From a virus (taxonomy: Duplodnaviria > Caudoviricetes), in the IMG/VR virus record IMGVR_UViG_3300010376_000019, positions 1 to 41,785 of that record: a stretch of DNA of 41,785 nt; one strand, written 5' to 3'. The translations under genes and the position numbers were made by a program. The notes beneath the pieces were generated by a model. That model had not been told where the DNA came from, did no database searches, and saw only the letters and a list, made by a program, of their open reading frames with translations. Within the stretch, counting starts at the first letter, position 1. The number at the start of each line of letters is the position of its first letter. Below, one piece after another: positions 18,082 to 27,556 of this stretch.

Positions 18082-19173
18082 ATGTCGGCGCCAGATTTCC
18101 CCGCGTCCCCAACCGTTGGTCAGACCTACACCGCGCCGAGCGGCATCGTCTACACATGGGACGGCGCCGTGTGGAAGACAACCGGCGCGCCGCAGACTGC
18201 GTACTGGACCGATACGGGCACGGCGCTGACGCCGACCGACGCGACGAAGCTGTTGAGCGTGGCAGGAGTTTCGGGGCAGACCGCTACGATGCTCCTAGGC
18301 AATCGCACTACGAAAGGTCGGTGGCTGGCTGTTGGAAATAGCGATTTGAGCGACCTATCGCATAACTTTGCTGTCTCGGCGGACGGTGCCACGCTAACAC
18401 AAGACGATGCCACGAAACCGTCGTGGCTCATGCAGTTGAATGCCACTGCCGACTCCTACCGCGTGCTACGCGCACCCGCCGGCAATACAGCAGGCACCGT
18501 ACCACTGCTCACGCTCGACAACGCGGGCAAGCTGACGCTACCCGGGCCGACAGCGGCGGGCGCGGATCAGAGCCAAGTGATTTTTGGCTCGCTCGTTGCC
18601 AAGGGACGGGTCCTGTCGTTACCGGGCACAGACTGGGCGGGAATCGCCTACAACCAGCAATATAACGGCTCCGCATGGAGTCGCGACGACGCGAGCAAGG
18701 CGTCTGCCGCCTTGCAGGTCGGCCTGCAATTATCCTGGCAATATACGACCGCCGCCGGGGTGACCACGAACAACTTTATCATCGACACTGCCGGCAACCT
18801 GACCATCACGGGTGCTGTTGCGACGAAAGCAAGCGGCACGACCTGGGCGAATCCTTCCGACCCGCGGCTAAAAGACGATGTCACACCCTACCCGCACGGG
18901 CTCGCAGACATCTGCCAATTGGAGCCGATCAGCTACACGCTGAACGGGCTCGCCGGCACGCCCGCCGGGACGAAGGCGTGCGGCTTCGATGCCGATGCGG
19001 TGCGCGCCGTCTTCCCCGACTGCGTCACGTCGACGCGCCAGAAGCTGCATCCGGACGACGCCGACGAGACGGACGTCCTGGCGCTCGATATCCATGGCAT
19101 CCTGATCGCACTCGTCAATGCCGCCAAAGAGCTGGCCACACGCCTGACCGCCGTGGAGGCCCGTGATGCCTAG
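18082..19173 (+). CDS. Tail fibre with a C-terminal intramolecular chaperone (peptidase S74) domain
   Basis: WANPSDPRLKDDV auto-cleavage motif, GFDA..V..VFP and a terminal coiled coil; shared DFP...YTWDG N-terminal module. Confidence 0.85.
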   Translation: MSAPDFPASPTVGQTYTAPSGIVYTWDGAVWKTTGAPQTAYWTDTGTALTPTDATKLLSVAGVSGQTATMLLGNRTTKGRWLAVGNSDLSDLSHNFAVSADGATLTQDDATKPSWLMQLNATADSYRVLRAPAGNTAGTVPLLTLDNAGKLTLPGPTAAGADQSQVIFGSLVAKGRVLSLPGTDWAGIAYNQQYNGSAWSRDDASKASAALQVGLQLSWQYTTAAGVTTNNFIIDTAGNLTITGAVATKASGTTWANPSDPRLKDDVTPYPHGLADICQLEPISYTLNGLAGTPAGTKACGFDADAVRAVFPDCVTSTRQKLHPDDADETDVLALDIHGILIALVNAAKELATRLTAVEARDA

Positions 19174-19402
19174 CAAGTCCATTGCCCAGCAACGTTTTAT
19201 GGGGATGAAATACGCACAGGCGAAACGCGCGAAGAGCGGGAAGGCGTCCATGGATGGCTCCAGCATGAGCGCGAGCCAGCTCCGCGACTTCGCCGCGACG
19301 AAAACGACGAAGCTCCCGGGCCATGTGAAGCCGAAGAAAAAGACGGCCGATCTCGGCGACGCGCTCACCGTGAAGAAGCCGACGGCCACGGGGAGATACT
19401 GA
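19166..19402 (+). CDS. Small basic protein (MPSKSIAQQRFMG type)
   Basis: Lys-rich; N-terminal pattern common in small phage proteins; TGATG coupling. Confidence 0.7.
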   Translation: MPSKSIAQQRFMGMKYAQAKRAKSGKASMDGSSMSASQLRDFAATKTTKLPGHVKPKKKTADLGDALTVKKPTATGRY

Positions 19403-19629
19403 TGGCGACCCTCAAACCGTTTGGGTCCAAAGTGAAGAACCCCGGCGCGCTCGCCGCGGCGATCGGCCGGAAGAAGAAGCGGCCGAAGAAGCTCGCACCC
19501 CCGGCGCCCAAGCTGCGGCCGAATGCCCCGAACCTGCCCACCGCCCCCGTCGCCGCCAAGCCGGCGCTCGGGGGGGTGGGCGGCTTCGAGCCCGCCGTGA
19601 AAACCCCCGGGCTCGGCGGCCGCTACTAG
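19402..19629 (+). CDS. Small basic protein (KNPGALAAAIGRKK)
   Basis: Lys/Pro-rich coupled ORF; ends in GRY like the previous gene. Confidence 0.7.
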   Translation: MATLKPFGSKVKNPGALAAAIGRKKKRPKKLAPPAPKLRPNAPNLPTAPVAAKPALGGVGGFEPAVKTPGLGGRY

Positions 19630-19636
19630 GGCGCCC

Positions 19637-19648
19637 GGGCATAGAGAG
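19637..19648 (+). promoter_or_regulatory. GGGCATAGAGAG motif, copy 3
   Basis: Exact copy, intergenic, 6 nt before the ATG at 19655. Confidence 0.6.
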
Positions 19649-19654
19649 ACTGGC

Positions 19655-19963
19655 ATGAGTCCCGAAGCCCGAGTGGCCATGCAAGGGGAAGTAGTGCGGG
19701 CGCTGCAGGCGGCCAGCCAGGATGCGCCGACGCTCTTGATCGATACGCTGCTCAGCGGCGACGGCTATCAGCTGGTGCATCACGTCCTGTCGCAGCAAGA
19801 AGCCGCCGCCCGGCAGCGGGCCGATGGATTGGCCGAGCTGCTGCGGCTGCTGGTGGCGGCGGCGACGCCCGTCGAGCCCCCGGCCCCCCCACCGCCCCCG
19901 CCGGCACCAGGGCCGGCGATCGTCCCGGCGCCCTATCCCCGGGCGACGATCGGGGGCGTCTGA
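19655..19963 (+). CDS. Hypothetical protein with a Pro-rich tail
   Basis: ORF packed between the motif and the HNH gene. Confidence 0.65.
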   Translation: MSPEARVAMQGEVVRALQAASQDAPTLLIDTLLSGDGYQLVHHVLSQQEAAARQRADGLAELLRLLVAAATPVEPPAPPPPPPAPGPAIVPAPYPRATIGGV

Positions 19964-20440
19964 ATGCGTAAGGGCTCAGGGCGGCCGGTGACGATCCGCT
20001 TCTGGGAGCGGGTTCATACGACTGAAGATGGATGCTGGCTCTGGCAGGGCTGCCGCACCGGAGCGGGCTATGGGAATTTCAAGCTGCGGCGGGATCGTCG
20101 GGTTCTCGCCCATCGGCTGAGCTGGGAACTGGCATATGGTCCTATCCCGGTCGCCTGCTGCGTGCTCCATCGCTGCGATGTGAAGCTCTGCGTGAATCCA
20201 GCCCATCTCTGGTTGGGCAGCCAAGCGGACAACAATCGCGATCGCGCTGAGAAGGGCCGGAATCGGGATCAGCGTGGCGAACGGAATAGCTCGGCCCATC
20301 TGCGACTCACCGATGTCATCGCGATCCGCGATAATTATGCGGCTCGACGAGAGTCGCAGTCTGCGCTGGCCCGACGATATGGCACATCGCAGGGCCACAT
20401 CAGCCGTATCGTCAACAGGCTAGAATGGGAGCATATATAA
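19964..20440 (+). CDS. Free-standing HNH endonuclease with a C-terminal HTH
   Basis: CWLWQG...GYG...AHRLSW...VLHRCDVKLCVNPAHLWLGSQADN; HTH-like QSALARRYGTSQGHISRIV; lower GC than its neighbours. Confidence 0.9.
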   Translation: MRKGSGRPVTIRFWERVHTTEDGCWLWQGCRTGAGYGNFKLRRDRRVLAHRLSWELAYGPIPVACCVLHRCDVKLCVNPAHLWLGSQADNNRDRAEKGRNRDQRGERNSSAHLRLTDVIAIRDNYAARRESQSALARRYGTSQGHISRIVNRLEWEHI

Positions 20441-20441
20441 T

Positions 20442-21326
20442 ATGGCGGGAGGTGCAGGGGTAGGTGCTGGTCTTGGTATTATGGGCGGCACACTCGGCGG
20501 CATTGGTGACATCATTTCTGCCATCGGTTACAAGCGCCCCAAACTCCCACAGCCCGGCGGTCAAGAGCTGCGGCTGCGCGACATCGTCCAAGATCAGCTG
20601 ATCGGCGGCGGGCTGCAGTATGCCGCCGGGCAAAATCTCTACAACCAGATGACGCCAACGCTCTTGTCGATGCTGCCCGGGATGACGGTTACGGGGGGCG
20701 GCAGCGGCGCGGGTGGCGGTGGCGGTGGCGATGGCACCGGGAATCTCGGCATGCCGTCATCGGCGACGCCGAGCGCAGGCACGGCGAGCCCGGTTCAGTC
20801 GAACTACCAAACCGCGCTGAACAACTATCAGACCGTCGTCGGCCGCAATCAGCAGATCCAGAGCTTGAAGGCGCAGCTGAAGGGCATGCAGAAGGGCGCC
20901 GACAAGACGGCGGTGCGCCAACAGCTCAAATCGGCGAAGAAAGCGAAGAAGGGCGACATCACTGCGCCGCAGGCGGAACGCGCCGTCTACCAGGGCGCAT
21001 CGGCGCCGCCGACGTTCACCATGGGCGCGCCGGGGAGCGCGCCATCGGACAGCGGCCAGGGGCCCTTGGGGAATCTCGCGCCGTCGACGCAATCATCGCT
21101 GGCGCAGATCATGGGCTTCTTGCACGGCTCGACGGGCCAGACGCCGGCCGTCAGCCAGCAACCCCCCGGCACCAGCCCGCTCGGGCCCAGCGGGCCCTTC
21201 GGCGGCGGCTCGGGCGCGCCGGATTTCTCGTCGCTCTATCAATCAGGCAGGACGGGCCCCGGACCCGCGGCGCCGGTGAGTGCGCCGCCGATCTACAGCC
21301 CGCCGACGAACTATCCAACGGGGTAA
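20442..21326 (+). CDS. Putative DNA-ejection (internal virion) protein 1
   Basis: Gly-rich hydrophobic N-terminus and Q/G/P-rich body; position matches P22/T7 ejection genes. Confidence 0.6.
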   Translation: MAGGAGVGAGLGIMGGTLGGIGDIISAIGYKRPKLPQPGGQELRLRDIVQDQLIGGGLQYAAGQNLYNQMTPTLLSMLPGMTVTGGGSGAGGGGGGDGTGNLGMPSSATPSAGTASPVQSNYQTALNNYQTVVGRNQQIQSLKAQLKGMQKGADKTAVRQQLKSAKKAKKGDITAPQAERAVYQGASAPPTFTMGAPGSAPSDSGQGPLGNLAPSTQSSLAQIMGFLHGSTGQTPAVSQQPPGTSPLGPSGPFGGGSGAPDFSSLYQSGRTGPGPAAPVSAPPIYSPPTNYPTG

Positions 21327-22358
21327 ATGGCGAAGGCGAAGAAAGCGGCGACGCCCCAACCCCCGCGCGCGGCCGCGCATCCCGCCGTCCGCGCCGGGGC
21401 GCCGAAGGCGGGCGCGAAGGGGAAGGCGAAGAAGGCGACGCCGCAGCCGCCCGCGCCCGAGCCGGGGCCCGGGCCGACGGCATCGACGGGCGGCAACTAC
21501 GGGCTCCAATACAACCCATCACTCGAAAGCCAGCTGAACCAGCCATATCAAGACGTGATCGCGACGGGCGCGATGTCGACGCTGCCGGGCGCCGTCGGTG
21601 CGACGGGTGGCGCGTTCGATCTCGGGAACGTGTACGGCCAGCAAGGCGCCAACACGCTCGGCGCCTACGGCGCGATGCTCGGCCCGCTGCAGCAGCAGAT
21701 GCAGGGGCTGAGCAATCAGATTCTCGGCTACCAGCAAGGCACGACGGATCTCGCCGATCCGATGCTCAAGCAGAATTACCAAGTGCAAGGACAGCAGCTG
21801 CAGGATCAGCTCCGCGCGCAGCTCGGGCCGGACTACGCCAACAGTTCCGCCGGCGCGCAGGCGCTCGCGCTCTTCAATCAGACGCAGCAAAACGCGCTCG
21901 CCGAGTCGGCGTACAATACTTATCAAGGCTATCTGGATCGCTATCAGCAAGGCATGGGGCAGCTGAATCAGGCGGCCACCGGCCAGGGCGGCACCTACGG
22001 CGCCTTGAGTGGCCAGGGCTACAATCAGGCGCTCGGGCTCCGGAATTACCAGCTCGGCGGCCAGGCGGCGATGCTGCAAAACACCGGGGCGCAGATGGGG
22101 CTCTATGAAAACGTCCCGCAGATGACGTCCAACTTCGGGACGGGCATGGCGGGGCTGTCGTCCGGCGCCGTCAGCGCGCAGGGCCCCTATCAGCAAGATC
22201 GCGCGCTGCAGGCGCAGATGTCGACGTATCCGACGTCCACGCAATTCATGGGGCAGATGATGGGCCAGAGTGGCAACCGCTGGGCGCAGATCGGGAGCAG
22301 CATCGGCAGCATGGGCGGCCAAGCATCCCAAGCCGGGAGCCAGGCAGGCGGCGGCTGA
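21327..22358 (+). CDS. Putative DNA-ejection protein 2
   Basis: Duplicated AKKA(A)TPQPP basic N-terminus; Q/G/A/Y-rich helical body. Confidence 0.6.
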   Translation: MAKAKKAATPQPPRAAAHPAVRAGAPKAGAKGKAKKATPQPPAPEPGPGPTASTGGNYGLQYNPSLESQLNQPYQDVIATGAMSTLPGAVGATGGAFDLGNVYGQQGANTLGAYGAMLGPLQQQMQGLSNQILGYQQGTTDLADPMLKQNYQVQGQQLQDQLRAQLGPDYANSSAGAQALALFNQTQQNALAESAYNTYQGYLDRYQQGMGQLNQAATGQGGTYGALSGQGYNQALGLRNYQLGGQAAMLQNTGAQMGLYENVPQMTSNFGTGMAGLSSGAVSAQGPYQQDRALQAQMSTYPTSTQFMGQMMGQSGNRWAQIGSSIGSMGGQASQAGSQAGGG

Positions 22359-23869
22359 TGGCGCAGCCGGGCCCGTGGGCGAGCGGGTATCAGTTCCCGA
22401 CGCTCGGCGACGTCGGCAGTACCGCGGGCACCGCGCCCCCACCGCCCGCGGACGCGCCCGATCCGAGCGGTGGCGGTGCACCGCCAGGCGCCCTACCGCC
22501 AGGGCCGCAGCAGACGCTCGGGGACAATCAGCAAGCGGGGCAGCCCGGGCCGCCGGGGCAACCGCCGCCGTATTCCGGCACGGGCACGTTCGGGCCCGCG
22601 TTTCAGCAGTATCTGCAGCTGACGCAGGGCGCCTATGCGCCATCAAAGCGGCCCTATCTGCCCGAGCAGACGAAGCCGGGCTTCCTGGCCAACTTGTTTA
22701 CGTTCGGCATGGCCGGGCTGATGGATCGCGATTACCGCACCGCGTACAACGCGGGCGTCGATCGCTTCAACTCCGGGCTCGACGCGAAAGCGGCCCACGA
22801 CGCCATGGAGCTGACGGGCCACGATGCCGCGCAGCAGATGCGGTTACAGGGCATCCAGCAACAAGCACTCTGGCGGCAATACGAGATGATGCGCCAGTGG
22901 TATCAGGACCAGCTCGCGCAGAAGGGCTTTCGCTACAAGATGACGGCTGGGCCGCCGAAGTCCGAAGGGGAATCCGTCGGCCAAAACCAATACGAAGACG
23001 AGACGGGCTTGGTGCGCGTGCCGAGCAAGGAATTCCCCGGGCGCTACGAATACGTCTCGCCGGGCAGCCGTCCCGTCGGCGCCGATACGCCGCTCGGGCA
23101 GCAGTACGATCGTGGGGGTGGCGGTGGTGGTAGTGCGGGCGGCGGTGGGGCACCACCGGCAAACGCAGGCGCTCCCCCTGCCCGGCCGGCTGACACGGGG
23201 CCGCCCCCGGGCGGCGGCCAGGGTGGCGTGCCGTCGCCCAGCCCGAGCGGCGCGCAACCGTCCGCGCGCCGGCCGCCGCGGAGCTTCGACGAGTTGCGGC
23301 GACAGAAGTATGAAGACGCCGCCAACGCCGAAGTGGAGAAGGGGCGGAAGGTAGCGCAGGCGGAAGGCACGATGAACGGCGACAAGATCCGCGCGTATCT
23401 CAATGATCCGATGTGGGATGAATCACTGTCCGAGCTGCCGAGCGCGAAAACGCCGATTTCCGCGGCGCTCAAGGCGCACGCCAATAAGCTCTGGTTCATG
23501 GCGAAAGGCGAGACCGGGAACGATCACATCGAGTATCTGCGGCAAGGGCAATCGAACATCATTCCGCAGATCAAAGCCTACGCGGCGTCGAAAGGCGTCC
23601 GGATCACGATGCCGGAAATTGAGATGTTCGGCACCGCGTGGAATCGGCTTGCCGAAGGCGGCATCACGCAAGAACGCGCGCAGGCGTTCAAGCGGATGGT
23701 GCTCAGGCGCTTAGACCAGATCGACGACGCCGCCGCACAGCGCACCCCGTCGACAACGAGTACTAGCACCAGCACGGGCAACGTGACGTCGTCGTCGATG
23801 CCGAGTGGCGGCCAGCTCCCCAGCGCGGGCCGGACGCGCAGCGGCATCCAGTATCAATTCAATCCCTGA
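22358..23869 (+). CDS. Putative DNA-ejection protein 3
   Basis: TGATG coupling at both ends; 503 aa. Confidence 0.6.
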   Translation: MAQPGPWASGYQFPTLGDVGSTAGTAPPPPADAPDPSGGGAPPGALPPGPQQTLGDNQQAGQPGPPGQPPPYSGTGTFGPAFQQYLQLTQGAYAPSKRPYLPEQTKPGFLANLFTFGMAGLMDRDYRTAYNAGVDRFNSGLDAKAAHDAMELTGHDAAQQMRLQGIQQQALWRQYEMMRQWYQDQLAQKGFRYKMTAGPPKSEGESVGQNQYEDETGLVRVPSKEFPGRYEYVSPGSRPVGADTPLGQQYDRGGGGGGSAGGGGAPPANAGAPPARPADTGPPPGGGQGGVPSPSPSGAQPSARRPPRSFDELRRQKYEDAANAEVEKGRKVAQAEGTMNGDKIRAYLNDPMWDESLSELPSAKTPISAALKAHANKLWFMAKGETGNDHIEYLRQGQSNIIPQIKAYAASKGVRITMPEIEMFGTAWNRLAEGGITQERAQAFKRMVLRRLDQIDDAAAQRTPSTTSTSTSTGNVTSSSMPSGGQLPSAGRTRSGIQYQFNP

Positions 23870-26121
23870 TGCCGTCGATCACGCTGACGATCGGCGGCAA
23901 GCCGCAGACGGTGACGGTCGATCGGCTGCCGACGACGCACGACGAGCTCGACGAGATCATCGCAAACGCGCCCGGCGTCGCCGGGGCCGCACCGCCGGCC
24001 GACGAGTCGCCGGGCTGGTTTGAAGGGGGCGTGGGGCCGTCGCTCTCGCGCGCAGCCGACTACGCGAAACAAAAGATCACTGACTGGGGCGACGCCGCGC
24101 AGCGGCTCGGGATGGATGTCGCGGGCGCGCTGCCGGGCTCAACTGCGGTGCAGCAAGCGGTGGCCGCGGGCGCCCCGGCTCCCGATCCCAATCGCAGCTG
24201 GTGGAATACCGGCGGCGACATCCTGACCACGCTCGGCACCGTGGCCGCGCCCGAGCTGACGCTGGCCGGGACGGCTGTCGGCGCCGGCATGCGGGCCGCG
24301 GATTTTTCGCCCGAGACTTCGAGCACCGTCGATGCTCTGACGCAGCTCGGGCTCGGGGGCGTGCAAGTCGGCCGGGCGATCAGTGCCTCACGCCAAGCAG
24401 GGGCGGCGACGACCGTCGCCAAGAGCCTGGCTGGCGAAGCGCCGGAAGCGGCCCCGAAGATCGCGGGCGAAGCGCTGGAAACAGCGGTTCCAGCCGCCAC
24501 GCGTGAAGCCGCCCAAGCCGCCCGCGCCGAAACCTACGCCCCCGCCAAGACGGTGGCCAATCTCCCCGGGCCGCCCGCGCCGGGGACCACCGGCTTCGTC
24601 GCCGCCGCCGAGAATCCGCTGGGGCAGCGGCTCTATCACGGATTGAGCGATCTGCTCGCCGATCAGGGCGAGACGATGTCGCGGGGCGAGCGCCAGGCGG
24701 CCAACAACGTGATCGACGCGATCACGGGCGGCAAGACGTCGGCGGGAAAGCCGATCACGCCGGATTACGACTTTCTGGATAAGCAGCTCCGCATCGCGAA
24801 GAAAGGCGGGATGCAGGTCAAAGGCGTCACCGAGCTGATCGAAGGCGCCTTGCAAGACATGCTGAAGGGCACACCGGCGGAAGGGCTCCGCGAAGCCGGC
24901 GCCGAAGCCTGGAAGCCGATCACGGCCACGCGGGAAGCGCTGCAAAAGCCGATCATTCGGGCGGCGCGCAAAGCCGATCCGATCACCGCATTTAAGGTTG
25001 TCGGCGGTAGTTATACCAACGCCAGTAAGGCAGAGCTCGCGCGTGATCTCTTAGCCGAGAATCATCCCGACGTCTGGTCGAAAGTCAATCAAGGCTTTTA
25101 CGGGCAGATATTCCAGAACGCGGGCGGCGATGCGAAGAAGGCGGGGGCGATTTGGGGGAAGATCCATCCAGACGTCAAAGCCGTCTTCGATCCCGACGGG
25201 ATCGCTGATCAGGCATTCCAGCGGATGGCGAAATGGCAGAAAGCCGGCTCGAGCGCGAGCTGGGCGACGAAACCGCTGGTCGCCGCGACGGCCATGTATA
25301 AGCTCGTCCGCGGCGATCCCTGGGCCGCTGGCGAAATTCTCTTCGCGGGCCATGAGCTGCCGCTCGGGAAGATGGCCGGGCAAGCGCTGAAGGGTGCGGA
25401 ATACGGCGGCCCGACGGCGGCCCGGGCCATCACCAGCGCCGCCGTGCCCGCGCAGAAGGTACTGAACGCGGGGCCGAGCGGCGATCCCTTGCTGGACGCT
25501 GCGGAGAAGGCGAGTCAAGGCGGCGGCGTCGAATCGACGACGGGTCCGGCGACTCCAGGGGCTGCGCCGCCGCCCGCCGATACGGGCGCCGAGCGCGGCC
25601 CGGCGTATCCGTCGCCTGCGTTTCGTGACACGGGCGCCGAGACGCCCCCAGCGCGGCCGACGCCGGCCCGGCCCGCGGCAGCGCCGCGGCAGCCGAGCAC
25701 ATATCCGCGCAGCTACGGGGGCGCCTGGAATCGTGAGATCGGCGCCATCGCGCGCGTTACGGGCATCCCTGAAAACCTGATGCGCGTCGTGATCCATCGC
25801 GAGTCGAGCGGCAATCCGCGCGCACTCGCGCCGGATGGGGGCCGCGGGCTGATGCAGCTGATGCCCGCTACGTTCCGCGCATACGCGCCCCGGATCGAGC
25901 GGATCACCGGGCGCCCCGCGAACATCGATGATCCGATCGACAACATGGTGGCGGGCGCGCTGCACTTGCGGGACGATCTCGACGCCACGGGCGGCAGCGT
26001 CCGGCGAGCGGCGAAGCGCTACAATTCGGGCCATGCCGATTCGCTGCATCCGGCGGTCATCGACTACGGGAACGACGTGGCGCGCCGCTTCGCCTTCTTG
26101 GAACGCCAGGGCCGCGGCTGA
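23869..26121 (+). CDS. Large ejection protein with a C-terminal SLT lytic transglycosylase domain
   Basis: VIHRESSGNP, GLMQLMPAT, DPIDN..AGA.HL and YNSG are the SLT motifs. Confidence 0.88.
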   Translation: MPSITLTIGGKPQTVTVDRLPTTHDELDEIIANAPGVAGAAPPADESPGWFEGGVGPSLSRAADYAKQKITDWGDAAQRLGMDVAGALPGSTAVQQAVAAGAPAPDPNRSWWNTGGDILTTLGTVAAPELTLAGTAVGAGMRAADFSPETSSTVDALTQLGLGGVQVGRAISASRQAGAATTVAKSLAGEAPEAAPKIAGEALETAVPAATREAAQAARAETYAPAKTVANLPGPPAPGTTGFVAAAENPLGQRLYHGLSDLLADQGETMSRGERQAANNVIDAITGGKTSAGKPITPDYDFLDKQLRIAKKGGMQVKGVTELIEGALQDMLKGTPAEGLREAGAEAWKPITATREALQKPIIRAARKADPITAFKVVGGSYTNASKAELARDLLAENHPDVWSKVNQGFYGQIFQNAGGDAKKAGAIWGKIHPDVKAVFDPDGIADQAFQRMAKWQKAGSSASWATKPLVAATAMYKLVRGDPWAAGEILFAGHELPLGKMAGQALKGAEYGGPTAARAITSAAVPAQKVLNAGPSGDPLLDAAEKASQGGGVESTTGPATPGAAPPPADTGAERGPAYPSPAFRDTGAETPPARPTPARPAAAPRQPSTYPRSYGGAWNREIGAIARVTGIPENLMRVVIHRESSGNPRALAPDGGRGLMQLMPATFRAYAPRIERITGRPANIDDPIDNMVAGALHLRDDLDATGGSVRRAAKRYNSGHADSLHPAVIDYGNDVARRFAFLERQGRG

Positions 26122-27005
26122 TGCCGAGCGGGCCGAGCGCCGTCGCGGTGATGCTGCTCTGCCTGCAGACGATTGGGGATACCGTCGTACTCTCCCCGGC
26201 GTCCGTCACCAACATGGATGGCGCGATCGATTCGACCATGGATCCCGTCGGCCCGATCTATCTGCCCCACGACGACACGCTTGGCGAGGGCAATTCGAAC
26301 GCCAATGTCCTCGCTCAGACCGAAGATCTTACGCTCACGACGTCTTCCGGCGTCGCCCTTGCCGTCCGGGCCAATACGATTGTGCTCGCATTCTCCCACG
26401 GCTTCACCGACCGCCTAGACGGCTCGCTCGTTCTCCCGATCGTTCAAGAGAACGTTCACGTCACCATCACTACCGGCGCGCTCTCCGGCCGGACCCAAGT
26501 CAGCTTCTCGGGCCCCTCCGATCTCGGCTTGCGGCTCAAGTACCAGCTCATCCCCGGGCTCGCGGCGACGCTGAAAGCGACCTTCCCGACCGGGAACCCC
26601 CAAAATGGTCTCGGCACCGGCTCCTATTTTCTCAGCCCTGGCCTCGCCGCCGGCACGACGGTCGGCCCCGTCCAACTCAATGCTCGCATCGCCTACAACG
26701 TCGATCTTTCCTTCGCCAACAAATCGAGTCTGAGCTACGGCTGCGGCATCGCCGCGCCCGTCTATTTCCCGTGGCTCGGCATGGCGCTCGAGTTCCTGGG
26801 CCAGTCCGGCACCGGCGCAGAAGACCCGCTGATCCTCTTCGGCGTGGACTATGCCCAGCGCCATACCGAAATTCTCGCCTTCGGATTCCGGGCCGTTCTC
26901 TCGCCCCATCTGCTCGTCTTCGTAGCGGGGTCGTATGCGCTCAACCGTGGTGGTCTTCGGGATGATCGCGTGTTTCCTACTCTCGGCCTCGGCGGCAACT
27001 TCTGA
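26121..27005 (+). CDS. Outer-membrane beta-barrel protein (putative Phenol_MetA_deg/SphA-like transporter)
   Basis: [12 protein letters not shown] and [13 protein letters not shown] motifs, alternating amphipathic strands, C-terminal Phe (LGLGGNF). Confidence 0.7.
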   Translation: MPSGPSAVAVMLLCLQTIGDTVVLSPASVTNMDGAIDSTMDPVGPIYLPHDDTLGEGNSNANVLAQTEDLTLTTSSGVALAVRANTIVLAFSHGFTDRLDGSLVLPIVQENVHVTITTGALSGRTQVSFSGPSDLGLRLKYQLIPGLAATLKATFPTGNPQNGLGTGSYFLSPGLAAGTTVGPVQLNARIAYNVDLSFANKSSLSYGCGIAAPVYFPWLGMALEFLGQSGTGAEDPLILFGVDYAQRHTEILAFGFRAVLSPHLLVFVAGSYALNRGGLRDDRVFPTLGLGGNF

Positions 27006-27555
27006 ATGCCTCCCGATACCCCTCAAACTAGCGAAGAAGTGCAAGGGCCCTCCGGGCCCGATGGGAGCGCCCGGTTTGACTGGTCCGACTGGCGCGACTG
27101 GCTCGCCCGGTGCCTCTGGACCCTCCGGGCAGCCCGGATCGCCTGGACCACTTGGACCCCCGGGAGCCTCCGGGCCGCAGGGACCACCGGGACCGATCGG
27201 CCCGACCGGCGTGCGGGGATCGCAGGGAATCCCGGGAGCGACCGGCCCGACGGGAGCAACCGGCCCGACCGGATCGATGGGACAGATCGTTAACGGGCGC
27301 TCCCAGACTGTCGCGACGCTCCGGCCCCCGGTCGGCCCCCCGATCACCGTCACGTCTGATTGCCTCTCCTCGGAAGTCCCGATCGGCGGCGGCGTCCGCG
27401 TCAGTACCACGAATCCCGCCGACGTCTCCCGCCTGCATCTCCAAGAAGACGGCCCAACCGATACCGGCTGGCTCGGTCGCGTCGCCGCCATCAGCCGCTT
27501 CGCTCCCGGATCCTCGCTTATCATCACCGTCACCGCGTATTGCGTGGAGCCCTAA
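26935..27555 (+). CDS. Secreted collagen-like protein
   Basis: Signal peptide [21 protein letters not shown]; roughly 25 Gly-X-Y triplets; C-terminal C...GGG...W...YC beta domain. Confidence 0.75.
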   Translation: MRSTVVVFGMIACFLLSASAATSECLPIPLKLAKKCKGPPGPMGAPGLTGPTGATGSPGASGPSGQPGSPGPLGPPGASGPQGPPGPIGPTGVRGSQGIPGATGPTGATGPTGSMGQIVNGRSQTVATLRPPVGPPITVTSDCLSSEVPIGGGVRVSTTNPADVSRLHLQEDGPTDTGWLGRVAAISRFAPGSSLIITVTAYCVEP

Positions 27556-27556
27556 G

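Noticed and set aside
20429-20440. GAGCATATATAA as a further copy of the late motif
   Set aside because: Only about 8/12 identity, and it lies within the end of the HNH coding sequence
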